64,000 nt of DNA from contig CAVTTN010000002.1 of the NCBI GenBank assembly GCA_963737655.1, positions 1,280,001-1,344,000 of the forward strand. The letters run 5' to 3'. The notes beneath the pieces were generated by a model that saw only the letters and a list, made by a program, of their open reading frames with translations, was not told where the DNA came from and searched no databases. A program made the translations under genes and the position numbers. The stretch's first letter is position 1; the number at the start of each line of letters is the position of its first letter. This stretch comes from an uncultured Planctomycetota bacterium. Lineage in GTDB: Bacteria; Planctomycetota; Planctomycetia; Isosphaerales; Isosphaeraceae. Shown here piece by piece: positions 54,648 to 64,000 of this stretch.

Positions 54648-56793
54648 GTGGACCGATCGCGAACAAGATCCCGGGTCGGCCGCCGACCGATCGGCCCGGC
54701 CCCGTCCGTGGAAGACCTGGAAGCCCGGGCCCTGATGGCCGCGGACCCCGCCTCGGCCATCCCTCCCGTGCTCACCCAGTCCGACGTCGACACCCTCTTG
54801 CAGAGGGCCGCCCGGGCCACCGCCTCCGACGACGCCATCGTCGCCGTCGTCGATCGCGCCGGCAATATCCTGGGCGTCCGCGTCGAGGGCAACGTCTCTC
54901 CCGCCATCACCGGCAACACCCAGAATCTCGTCTTCTCGATCGACGGCGCCGTGGCCGAGGCCCGCACCGGCGCGTTCTTCGCCAGCAACCAGGCGCCGCT
55001 GACCTCCCGGACGATCCAGGACATCGCCCAGTCCACGATCACCCAGCAGGAGGTCGATTCCAACCCGGACATCTCCGACCCCAACTCCACCGCCCGGGGC
55101 CCGGCTTCGTCGCGCCGATCGGCCTGAAGGCCCACTTCCCCCCGGGCGTCCAGTACACCCCCCAGGTGGACCTCTTCGAGATCGAGGGGACCAACCGCGA
55201 CAGCATCATCAACCCCGGCCCCAACCACGTCCGCCAGGACGTCGTCCAGAACGGCCAGGTCGTCCCCGCCCCGGGCTCCGACGACGTCCTGATGCCCAGC
55301 CGGTTCAACGTCCCGACCCAGTACATCCCGGCCGGTCAAGGTATCAATGCTCCCGAATCGTATGGATTCGTCTCGGGGATGCTGCCCTCGGCGCAGTCCC
55401 GGGGCATCGGCACCCTGCCCGGCGGGATACCGCTGTTCAAGACCGTGACCGACCCGGCCACCGGCAAGCCCGTGACGGCCGAGGTCGGCGGGATCGGCGT
55501 GTTCTTCCCGGGGACGACCGGGTTCGCCTCCGCGGAGAACTCCAAGCTCAACGAGCACCCGTTCCGCGACCCGACCAAGCCCGACCGCTCCCGAGAGGCC
55601 GAGTACGTCGCCTTCGTGGCCGCCGGAGGGAGCTCCGGCGGGGGGATCTCGTTCACCGGCAAGCGAGGGGCCAGCCTCGGCCTCCCCGCCTTCACCGACG
55701 GCTCCTTCGACCTGCCTTCGGGACGGATCGACCTGGTCGGGATCACCCTGAACGTCTTCGGGGCCCACGGCCGCCAGGGGGTCAAGAACATGATCGACGC
55801 CGGGGCCGGGCTCGGCCTGGGCGACACCCTGAGCGGCACGGATGAGCCGATCGCCATCGACCAATCGGCCGTCCCCGCCTCGGCCGAGAAGGCCACCAAC
55901 TCCGGGACCCTCGGCACCGGCCAGGACGTCCCGAGCGGCTGGCTCGTGACCCCCCACGACGCCCAGGACGGCTCCGGGCTGACCGCCGCCGACGTCAACT
56001 CGATCATCGATCGCGGGATCGCCGAGGCCAACCAGATCCGCGCCGCCATCCGCCTGCCCCTGGACAGCACCGCCAAGATGGTCTTCAGCGTGACCGACAA
56101 GAGCGGCAACATCCTGGGCCTCTACCGGATGAACGACGCCACCGTGTTCTCGATCGACGTCGCCGTGGCCAAGGCCCGGAACGTGACCTACTACGCCGAC
56201 CCGGCCCAGCTCCAACCTCAAGACATGATCAGCAACTCGAACGTCCCGCCGGGCACCGCGTTCACCAATCGCGGCTTCCGCTACCTGGCCGAGCCGAGGT
56301 ATCCCGAAGGGATCGACGGCAACCCGCCGGGCCCGTTCTCGATCCTCAACGAGGACACGATCGGCATCACCGGGTCGCCGCTGCCGGCCTCGTCGTTCCA
56401 GACCGTCCAGGGGTTCGACGCCTTCAACCCGCAGACCAACTTCCACCAGCCCTGGAACCTGAACCAGAACGGGATCGTCTTCTTCCCCGGCAGCTCCCCC
56501 CTGTACAAGGACACGGGCTCGGGCAAGAAGGTGCTCGTCGGCGGCCTCGGCGTCTCGGGAGACGGCGTGGACCAGGACGACGACGTCACGTTCGAGGCCC
56601 TGACCGGCTTCAGCCCGACCGGGGCGGTCCGGAGGTCCGACCAGGTCTTCGTCCGGGCGCGCGGGTCCCCTACATCAAGTTCAACCGCCAGCCTCACGAG
56701 CCGTTCAACCAGCCCGGACAGCCCGAGAAGCCGCCGGGAGGCTCGAAAAACATCCTCCCCACGAAGCTGCCGAAGCCGAATCAGACCTCATGA
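54648..56793 (+). CDS. Exported protein with two GlcG/HbpS-like heme-binding domains, with apparent 1-nt deletions at ~55101 and ~56657
   Basis: VEDLEARALMA motif. Domain 1 has IVAVVDRAG..ARTGAFF..PGGIPLFK..GGIGV and domain 2 has FSVTDKSG..AVAKARN..FPGSSPLYK..GGLGVSG. ORFs 54612..55127 and 55166..56995 join. The corrected end reads VPYIKFNR...TGA 56793. Confidence 0.78.
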
Positions 56794-56816
56794 GCCGCCC
56801 CGCCCTCGAATCGACC

Positions 56817-56924
56817 CGGGTGGCATGCCCACGTCTTCGTGGGCATGTCTTCATCCGGTCTGGCTTGTTCATCCGGCATGGGTGAACCGAAGACATGCCC
56901 ACGTCTTCGTGGGCATGCCACCCG
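56817..56924. repeat. Inverted doublet of palindromic units (REP-like, second family)
   Basis: cgggtggcatgcccacgtcttcgtgggcatgtcttc at 56817-56852 and gaagacatgcccacgtcttcgtgggcatgccacccg at 56889-56924. Confidence 0.8.
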
Positions 56925-56991
56925 ACGGGGCAAGGCAAGACGGACCGATCGGCCGATCCCTCCCCCTCAATCTCCATAAAAAGGCATCGCC

Positions 56992-57444
56992 ATGAATCGA
57001 TATTTCCAGAGGACGGCCCTCCCGGCCCTCCTCCTCTTGGCGACGGCCGCCCCGTCGCCGGCCGGGATCTTCTTCCCCCACAACGACTACCACCCCACGC
57101 CCGAGCCCGGCAAGCCCCGGCATTTCTGCCACACCCAGGCCCGCGCCGGCTTCCCGCAGACCCTCCGCAACCACCTGGAGCCGACCAACGCCGGAGACTC
57201 GATCGGCTACTACGTCGGCGGGGGCGGAGGCGGCCACGCCGCCGGCCCCAGGTGCCGCGAGGAAGGCACCTTTGGATGGGACTACCTCGGCGCCTGCTAC
57301 CCCCGCCGAGTGGCCCTGGGCTGGAACCAGGGGAGACGCTACCAGGGCGGGACCGGATCGTACCGGACCGACGAGCCGTTCCCCGTCCCCAACGTCTTCA
57401 CCCTCGACCTCCTCGGCGGCCTCCACCGCCGGGGCGAGGAATGA
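56992..57444 (+). CDS. Small secreted Gly/Tyr-rich hypothetical protein
   Basis: Signal peptide LPALLLLATAAPSPA, then GYYVGGG, GTFGWDY and RYQGGTGSYRTD. AAAGG upstream. Confidence 0.7.
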   Translation: MNRYFQRTALPALLLLATAAPSPAGIFFPHNDYHPTPEPGKPRHFCHTQARAGFPQTLRNHLEPTNAGDSIGYYVGGGGGGHAAGPRCREEGTFGWDYLGACYPRRVALGWNQGRRYQGGTGSYRTDEPFPVPNVFTLDLLGGLHRRGEE

Positions 57445-57448
57445 CGGG

Positions 57449-57478
57449 TCGCCTCGCCTCGCCTCGCCTCGCCTCGCC
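57449..57478. repeat. (TCGCC)6 microsatellite
   Basis: Six perfect pentamer copies just after the stop codon. Confidence 0.85.
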
Positions 57479-58087
57479 GGGTCGCATGCCCCCTCCAAAA
57501 TCAAATGTGGACATGCGACCCGGACAACCTCAAACGCACCAATCGAAACAAAACACCCCATCGACGAACTCGGGCCGCCTGGTGTTATTCTCAATTCCAT
57601 AAACTGTTTCATCCATTGATTTTCACATTTCGTTCCTAAAATCATGACCACACACAATCGCGACGAAAGTTGACGACACTTTTTCCGCCAAATCGTCGAA
57701 AAGGGCGGAAATTCGGCCATTTGGTCGCGCGCAGTCGGTCGTGCGCGCGGAGTCATGCAGGAGTTTTCCAATGTTTCATCGCACTTCCCGAAACGGATCC
57801 GAGGGAAGGACTTTCGCGATCCGCGCCGAATTTCGTCGGGGTCGCGAAATGGGTCCGATTCCTGGACACTTTGAGGGGCTCGGCGCGCCCTGGATTGACA
57901 GGGTGGTGTCAATGGCGGCGGTCCCCCTCAAAAACGAGTGATCGGCGGGTCGGGTCGGTCGCGATGATGTCCCCCGGAAACTTGTCCGGCGCGGGGCGGG
58001 ATTGCCGTCTCGCGGCCAGGGCGATACCGTGGACAGCCGCGCCGATGTTCCTCGAATTCCCCCCGACCGAATTGAATCGACCCGATC

Positions 58088-58879
58088 ATGGCCACCATCC
58101 TCGACGAGATCGTCGAATCCAAGCGTCGGGAGATCGCCTCGGCCCGGAGGCGGATGCCCCTGGACGAGCTGGAAGTCCAGGCGGCCACGGCCCCTCCGGT
58201 CCGGGACTTCCGCGCCTCGTTGGCCGGTCCGGGGCCGATCCGCCTGATCGCCGAGGTGAAGAAGGCGAGCCCGTCGGCGGGTGTCCTCCGCGAGGACTTC
58301 GACCCGGTGGCCATCGCCCGGACCTATCAGGCCCGAGGGGCCGCCTGCCTGAGCGTCCTGACCGACTCGCCGTTCTTCCAGGGACACTTGACCTACCTCG
58401 CGAGGATCCGCGCGGCCGTCGCCATCCCCTTGCTGCGTAAGGATTTCCTGATCGATGAGTATCAGGTCGTCGAGGCGAGGATGGCCGGCGCCGACGCCGT
58501 GTTGCTGATCGCCGAGATCCTGGATGACTCGCAGCTCAAGGCCCTCCTGGCCCGGGCCCGGTCGCTCGGGATGGCCGCCCTGGTCGAGTTCCACGACGCC
58601 GCGAATCTGCCGAGGGTCCTGGACGCCGGGGCCGACCTCGTGGGGATCAACAACCGCGACCTCGCCCGGTTCGTCACCGACCTCGACCACACGCTCCGGC
58701 TCCGCGACCGGATCCCCGACGGCGTCCTGCTCGTCAGCGAAAGCGGGATCAAGGACCGCGCCGACGTCGTCCGGCTCGAACAGGCCGGCGTCGATGCCAT
58801 CCTCGTCGGCGAATCCCTCATGAAGGCCCCGGATATCGGCGTGGCCGTGGCCCGGTTGCTGGGGCTTTCGGAGGAATAA
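58088..58879 (+). CDS. trpC: Indole-3-glycerol phosphate synthase
   Basis: LIAEVKKASPS, LSVLTD, LLRKDF, GADAVLLI, GINNRDL, VSESGI and LVGESLM motifs. Confidence 0.97.
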   Translation: MATILDEIVESKRREIASARRRMPLDELEVQAATAPPVRDFRASLAGPGPIRLIAEVKKASPSAGVLREDFDPVAIARTYQARGAACLSVLTDSPFFQGHLTYLARIRAAVAIPLLRKDFLIDEYQVVEARMAGADAVLLIAEILDDSQLKALLARARSLGMAALVEFHDAANLPRVLDAGADLVGINNRDLARFVTDLDHTLRLRDRIPDGVLLVSESGIKDRADVVRLEQAGVDAILVGESLMKAPDIGVAVARLLGLSEE

Positions 58880-58890
58880 TCGGGGAAAAC

Positions 58891-61661
58891 TCAGAACCGG
58901 GACGAGAAGCGGAGGACGTGACCGCCGCCGCTCAGGACGATCAGCTCGCCGGAGGAGGCGCAGGGGAAGCAGGCGGCGACGGCGTCGAGCCGGCAGGGGG
59001 TGGAGACGAGCAATCGGAGGCGTCCCGGGGCGGCCTGGAACCAGTCGATCCGGGTATCGGCGACGGCCGCGACGATCCCGGGCCGGAGGATCGCGGCGAC
59101 CCGGTAGGTGGTGAAGCCGTCGGAGGACCCTCGGCGCGGCCCTCGGACAGGCGGGCCATGCCGTCGGTTTCCTTCAGGTCGAACGACTCCCACGAGAGCC
59201 GGCCGGCGCGGCCGATCCAGGCGAACTCGACGTGACCGGAGCGGCGGCTGGCGGAGCTCAGGCCGGGGTTTCGCAAAAGGCCCGGCTCGGCGGACGACGC
59301 CTCGACGATGGCGAGGAGCTCGGCGGAACCCTCGTCGGGCCCGGCCAGCAACGCCCATCCGCCTCCGGTATGGATCAGCCAGAGCGGCCCCGAGCCGTCG
59401 GGATGATCGATCAGGACGCCGCCGACGGTCGACGACGGCGCCGAGCGGACGGGCCCTCGGGGCGTGAGCGTGCCGACCTCCATCAGGTGGAGCGCCTGGC
59501 CGTCCCAGAGCCCGATCAGGCCGATCCCGGCGGCGTCGGGACGGATCGGCGAGAGCCACGGGGACTCCAGGCCGTCCAGCGCCGTGCCCATCGCCAGGCG
59601 GAACGGCTCGCGGGGCTTGCGAACGTAAGTGCTCAGGGCGCCAAGACCTCGGCCGCTGGCGCGGAGGACCACCAGGGTCATCCCGGCGTGGTCGCACGCC
59701 AGGGAGACCACCGGCAAGTCATACGAGGCGACCAGGGCGACCTCCGAGGTCGTCGGCCGGAACACATAAACCTCGCCGGTCTCGAACCCGACGAAGACGT
59801 CTCCCGGACCCGCCGCCGAGCACGCCGCCGAGACCACCCCGGCGCCGATCCGCAGGACCCCGGGGGGCGGCGGGACGGGATCGGAGGCCCGGGGGACGGC
59901 CTTGATCGCGAACTCGGCATCCCGGGCGACGGCCGGCGACCACGCCCGGCCCAGGAGCTCCACGATCGCCGAGACCGGCCTCGCCGGGCCGATCCCGGCC
60001 GCCTGTCGGGCCTTCAAGGCCAGGCCGAGCAACACCCGATCTCGAACCTCATCGCGGACTTCGGGCGAATCGAGCCGATCGGCGGCGAGGGCCAGCCCCT
60101 CGAAGAACCGGGGCGCGTCGGGGGCCTCGCCGGAGGGGTCGAACAGGCTCCGGCCCTCGTCGGCCAGGCGGAGGAGCTCGGCCCCCCGGCCCGAATCGGC
60201 CAGGAGCCCGGCCATCCTCAGCCCCGAGGAAACCGCGTTGGCCCCCGGCCTCGCCGCCCATCCCGCGGCGAACTGCTCCAGGGCCAGGTCGGCCCGGCCG
60301 GTCTTGGCCAGGAGGAACTCCCCGGCGGCCAGTCGGCCCGCGCCCGAGGCGATCATCCGGGCCGCGGCGGCCCGATACTCATCCAGGGCGAGCTCGTCCT
60401 CGCCCATCTTCCTCAACAGGTCGCCGGCCGCCTCGTGGTCCCCGAGGTTCCGGTAGATCTTGACGGCCCGGTCGAGTTCTCCGGCCGATTCCAGGGCGAG
60501 GGCGGCGGCCTTCGCGTCCCCCAGCTTCGAGAGGAACAGGGCGGCGGCATCCCGGTACAGGCCCCCTCGGAGCAGGGCGTGGGCGGCCATCCGGTAGTCG
60601 TGCAGGAGCTTCCCATAAATGAACGCCGCTCGGCGATGGTCGCCCCGCTTCAGCGCCGCCTCGGCGGCCCGGTGATATTCCCGGGCGAGCTCGGCCAGGA
60701 CGTCCCGGCCGCCCACCCAGACCCGAGCCGGCCCCCGGCTGGACCGGCCGAGGAGGTCATCCAGGCGATAGGACAGGTCGTGGGTCGGCAGGCGGTCGCC
60801 CGGGTCGGGCCGTCCTCCTCGGGGGCCTCCCGGATCGCCCAGGGGGAGGGCGTGGCGGAGGGCCTTCTCGGGGTCTCCGCCCCGGAACTCGTCCAGGAGT
60901 GCCCGGAGGGCCGCCGATTGCCGGCCCAGGACGTTCTCTCCGAGGCGGGGGGCCAGGTCCAGCCCCTTTCGGACCAGGCGGGCCCCGGCCCCGGCCAGCC
61001 CCTTCAAGCCCAGCCCTTCGCCCATCTTCATGAGCCACTGGCCCAGCCCCAGGGCCGCCCGGCCGGCCATCGTCGGCCCCAGTCCGGTCGGGGCCGGCCG
61101 GGGATCGGCGGAACCGATGTCCTCGTTGCCCGGCCCGAGGATCGCATCCTCCACCGGCGTCTCGTCTTCGGGCGAGTCTCCGCCGGGGTCGCCGGGCATC
61201 TCGACCAGGATTTCCTCGATCCGGTCGGCCAATCGGGGGGGGTTGGGCAAGGGGGACCAGTCGCGCCAGGGGCGGCGGAGGGCCGTCAGCAGGGCCGAGG
61301 CGTCGATCGGCGACCGGCGGTCGAACCCGAGGACGCGGCCCTCGGGCAGGAACACGAGGCCGCGCTCCCGGGTCAGCCCTTCGGCCTCGTCGTCCAGGAG
61401 GCCCGGGACGAGCTCGGCATCGACGGGCAACCACAGGCCCGGGGCCATCTTGCGGAGCCGGACCGCGCCGGGGAACGCCTCCCGAGTCGGGCCGTCGAGC
61501 GTCACGAGGAGGCCGTCGGCCACGGGGAAGACCCGGCCCGAGGGGTCGAGGTCCAGCCGGCCGCACGCCTCCAGGGCGCCCCGGATGTCGCCGGAGGGCA
61601 GGAGCAAGGCGGAAGTCGGGTGGTCCTTTGGCCTTCGGACGAGGCGGAACGGCACCTTCAT
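58891..61661 (-). CDS. TPR-like + beta-propeller component of a MoxR-vWA-beta-propeller ternary system, with an apparent 1-nt deletion at ~59129
   Basis: Starts MKVPFRL (ATG 61661, ATGA overlap). LWLPVDAELVP, ALRHALPL and helical RRAAFIYGKLL repeats, then a propeller-like C-terminus continuing in ORF 58891..59697. Confidence 0.65.
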
Positions 61662-64000
61662 GACGGGCTCCCTCCGGCTTCGCGAGTCCAGGCCGAGCGG
61701 AGGGCGGCGGCGATCCGAACCCGGGCGTCCTGGAGCTGGGCGTCGGTGATCCCTCGACCGGAGGCCGAGCGGAGGGCCTCGGCGATCCGGGCCTCGGCCC
61801 CCGGGGTCGGCGGCCCTCCGATCAGGGAGGCCGGGCCGAGCCGGGTGCCGTCGGGCAGCCAGGCCGCCAGGGTCGATCGGAAGGCGTGGAAGATCGCCAC
61901 GACCGTCCCGGAGGCGTCGAGGATCGCGACCTGGCCGAGCACATCCACGAGCGCAACCAGGCCGCCGGCCTCGGCTTTCGCCACGAACCGGGCCCCGTCG
62001 TAGGCCACCCCTCGGGTCACCGGGACGGCCATCGCCCGGCCGGTCACCTGGCGGACCTCGGCCTGGGCCTTGCCCCCGTGGGAGGTGAAGCTCAGGGCCA
62101 GAGGGCCGCGGTCCCATCGGATCAAGTGGACATGCTTGCCGGCTTGCAAGACCAGGCCGCCCTCCCCCAGGCTGGCCGAGAGCCGGGGATGCACCCGGGC
62201 CTCGGTCGTGGCCAGCCGGGCCGTCGCCCCCCCGCCGACGTCGTGGACCTCCAGCCGTCGCGGGCCGACCCTCCGGGCGATCCTCCGGCCGTCCCGGCTC
62301 AGGGCGAACGCCCCGTCTCGGGGCCCGACCGGATAGGCGCCCACGCTCTCGCCCGAGGGCGAGAGAAAGACGCGCAAGGCCCGGCGGCGCAAGGCGTCTT
62401 CGGCGAGGACCGCCAGGACCAGCCGCCGCCCCCGGGCCTGGAGGACCCGGCCTCCCAGCAGGTCGGGGCGGCCGTCGGCCAGGGGGACGAACGGCGACCA
62501 CGTCCCGGCCTCGGTCCGGGCGAAAATCGTGCCGGTCGCCCCGTCCAGGCGGAGCGCATCCCCCTCCGGCGGCAAGGGGAACCCCTCGGACACGATCGGC
62601 AGCCTCGGCGGAGGGACGCCCCGGGCCCGGAACGCGGCGAGCCGGGCCCTCTCGGTCGCCCGATCGTCCGGCCCGGGGCCTCGGAAGCAGGCCGAGGGGC
62701 CGACGCTCATCAGGTCGATGGCGAAGGCATGCCTCGGGTCGTCCCGGACCCTCAGCACCACCGAATGCAGGTTGCGCAGATACACCCACTCATGACTGAT
62801 GGGAACCGGACCCTCGGGCCGTCGAGGCGGAGGCCCGAGCCGATAGGCGGTGCAGGTCCGGGCGTTCAGGTCGTAGTGGGCCGCCAGCCATTCCTCCTTG
62901 CGTCGCCCCACCACCACAAACCCCCCGGCTACCCCGATCACCGCCTCCACAGGCGCCAGGGGGCGGCCGTCGATCAGAGGCCGGGGGAGCATCTCCATCC
63001 CCGGTCCGTTGACCTCCCAGGCGTGGAGGAAGCCCATCGGCCCGGTCGCCGTGAGGAGCCAATCGCCTCCGTAGTCGAAGGCGAAGCGGTCGTCGTCGAC
63101 GGTGTGGGTGGCCCCCAGGCGGAACGGGAACCCGACCGGCTCGACGTTCCCGGTCCACGCCCCGCGTTTCGCCCGATCCGCTGCGCCCGGAAGGGGTTCG
63201 GGATCGCCGGGGATCGTCACCCGGCATCGGCCGACCGGGACGGCCGCCCCCCGGACGATCCGGGACAGCTCCACGGCCCCTCCGGCGTCCACGGCCACGG
63301 CGAAGAGACGGACGCCCGGCCCGAGCCGCCTCCCGGCGGCGATCACGTCGTCTTCGGCGAGGCTCCTCGGGTGGGTCAACAGGACCACGTCCCGGAGCCT
63401 CTCGGCCTTCGCCTCCAAGACCCTCTCCAGGGCCAAGCCGGGATGGGGGGACAGGTCGCTCGCCTCCAGAAAGGCGCCCAGGGCCTCCGGGCCCAGGTTC
63501 GAGGCCAGCTCCGCCCGCCCGTCGGTCGCGGTCGAGGCCAGGAGCAGGGGCCATTTCCTCCGGGCCGCCCCCCGGCCCAGGGCCAGGGCCGCCGCCGCCA
63601 GGACGAGCCGGACGTCTCCCCAGGTCCTCACCCCCTGGTCGATCAGCAGGAGGAGCTCCTCGTCGGTCGCCCGGTGCGGCTCCTCCCTGTGAAAATAGAG
63701 GAGCTCGTGCTCGGCGAACCGGCGGAGGAACTCCAGTGAGTCCAGGGCGAACTGGCTGGGCAGGATCGCCTCGGGCCGCCCTCGGGTCGTCACGTCGGAG
63801 TAGCCGCCGACGGGCAACGCCGTGGCCGCCAGACTCCGGGAGGGCAAGGTCAGGGCCCCGGCAAGATGGGCGACGAGCGGGGCGGACCGGGCGAGCCGGG
63901 GGCGCCCGAGGCCGCGTCGAGCGTCTCGATCAGGTCTCTGGGCCGCGCCTCCGCCTGGCGGGCCACCTCGTCCCCGGCCTCGCCGACCGGCCCTCGACCG
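61658..64000 (-). CDS. vWA-domain + beta-propeller protein of a MoxR-vWA ternary system (5'-partial, possible frameshift at ~63903)
   Basis: LPVGGYSDVTTRG..ILPSQFALD..FLRRFAEHELLYFHREEP, LLLIDQGVRTWG and VVLLTHP, then FALSRDGRRIA-type repeats. Confidence 0.7.
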   Translation of the reverse strand, partial: RSRAGRRGRGRGGPPGGGAAQRPDRDARRGLGRPRLARSAPLVAHLAGALTLPSRSLAATALPVGGYSDVTTRGRPEAILPSQFALDSLEFLRRFAEHELLYFHREEPHRATDEELLLLIDQGVRTWGDVRLVLAAAALALGRGAARRKWPLLLASTATDGRAELASNLGPEALGAFLEASDLSPHPGLALERVLEAKAERLRDVVLLTHPRSLAEDDVIAAGRRLGPGVRLFAVAVDAGGAVELSRIVRGAAVPVGRCRVTIPGDPEPLPGAADRAKRGAWTGNVEPVGFPFRLGATHTVDDDRFAFDYGGDWLLTATGPMGFLHAWEVNGPGMEMLPRPLIDGRPLAPVEAVIGVAGGFVVVGRRKEEWLAAHYDLNARTCTAYRLGPPPRRPEGPVPISHEWVYLRNLHSVVLRVRDDPRHAFAIDLMSVGPSACFRGPGPDDRATERARLAAFRARGVPPPRLPIVSEGFPLPPEGDALRLDGATGTIFARTEAGTWSPFVPLADGRPDLLGGRVLQARGRRLVLAVLAEDALRRRALRVFLSPSGESVGAYPVGPRDGAFALSRDGRRIARRVGPRRLEVHDVGGGATARLATTEARVHPRLSASLGEGGLVLQAGKHVHLIRWDRGPLALSFTSHGGKAQAEVRQVTGRAMAVPVTRGVAYDGARFVAKAEAGGLVALVDVLGQVAILDASGTVVAIFHAFRSTLAAWLPDGTRLGPASLIGGPPTPGAEARIAEALRSASGRGITDAQLQDARVRIAAALRSAWTREAGGSPS

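Noticed and set aside
57449..57478. (TCGCC)6 as a phase-variation switch
   Set aside because: It lies downstream of a stop codon and far from the next start, so no coding or promoter effect is evident.
57894..57913. CRP/FNR binding site
   Set aside because: The spacing is TTGAC-N8-GTCAA, which matches neither FNR (TTGAT-N4-ATCAA) nor CRP (TGTGA-N6-TCACA).
57895..57930. Trp attenuator leader peptide (LTGWCQW) upstream of trpC
   Set aside because: The Trp codons are not tandem, there is no short ORF with RBS and stop, and no U-tailed terminator before trpC.

Overview
A GC-rich bacterial window, most likely Planctomycetota (Isosphaeraceae-like), judged from LEPR-xLL N-terminal motifs, DUF1501, PEP-CTERM proteins and two Uma2 genes. 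The main candidate system is an uncharacterised redox cluster in three blocks. Block 1 (13.1-21.7 kb) holds a NuoEF-like diaphorase, an Fe-S protein with two cyclic-nucleotide-binding domains, a di-heme-b-type membrane protein, a decaheme and a pentaheme cytochrome c. Block 2 (35.5-41.9 kb) holds a cNMP phosphodiesterase, a second pentaheme and a ~10-heme cytochrome fused to a LVIVD propeller. Block 3 (52.4-57.4 kb) holds a beta-barrel and a double GlcG/HbpS heme-binding protein. Together these look like a cNMP-regulated, possibly NADPH-fed, trans-envelope electron conduit, next to glgX and a pentose-phosphate operon (pgi, tkt, rpiA, gnd, zwf, opcA). The window also has a GxxExxY gene inside 20-bp terminal inverted repeats with an empty copy of the same element, cohesin/dockerin surface proteins with a PEP-CTERM cohesin, a large RTX-metalloprotease-dockerin protein, REP-like hairpins, trpC and part of a MoxR-vWA-beta-propeller conflict system. 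About 8 single-base frameshifts, mostly in G/C runs, are probably assembly errors. No tRNA, rRNA or CRISPR array was seen. All family calls come from motif recognition by eye, not from database searches.
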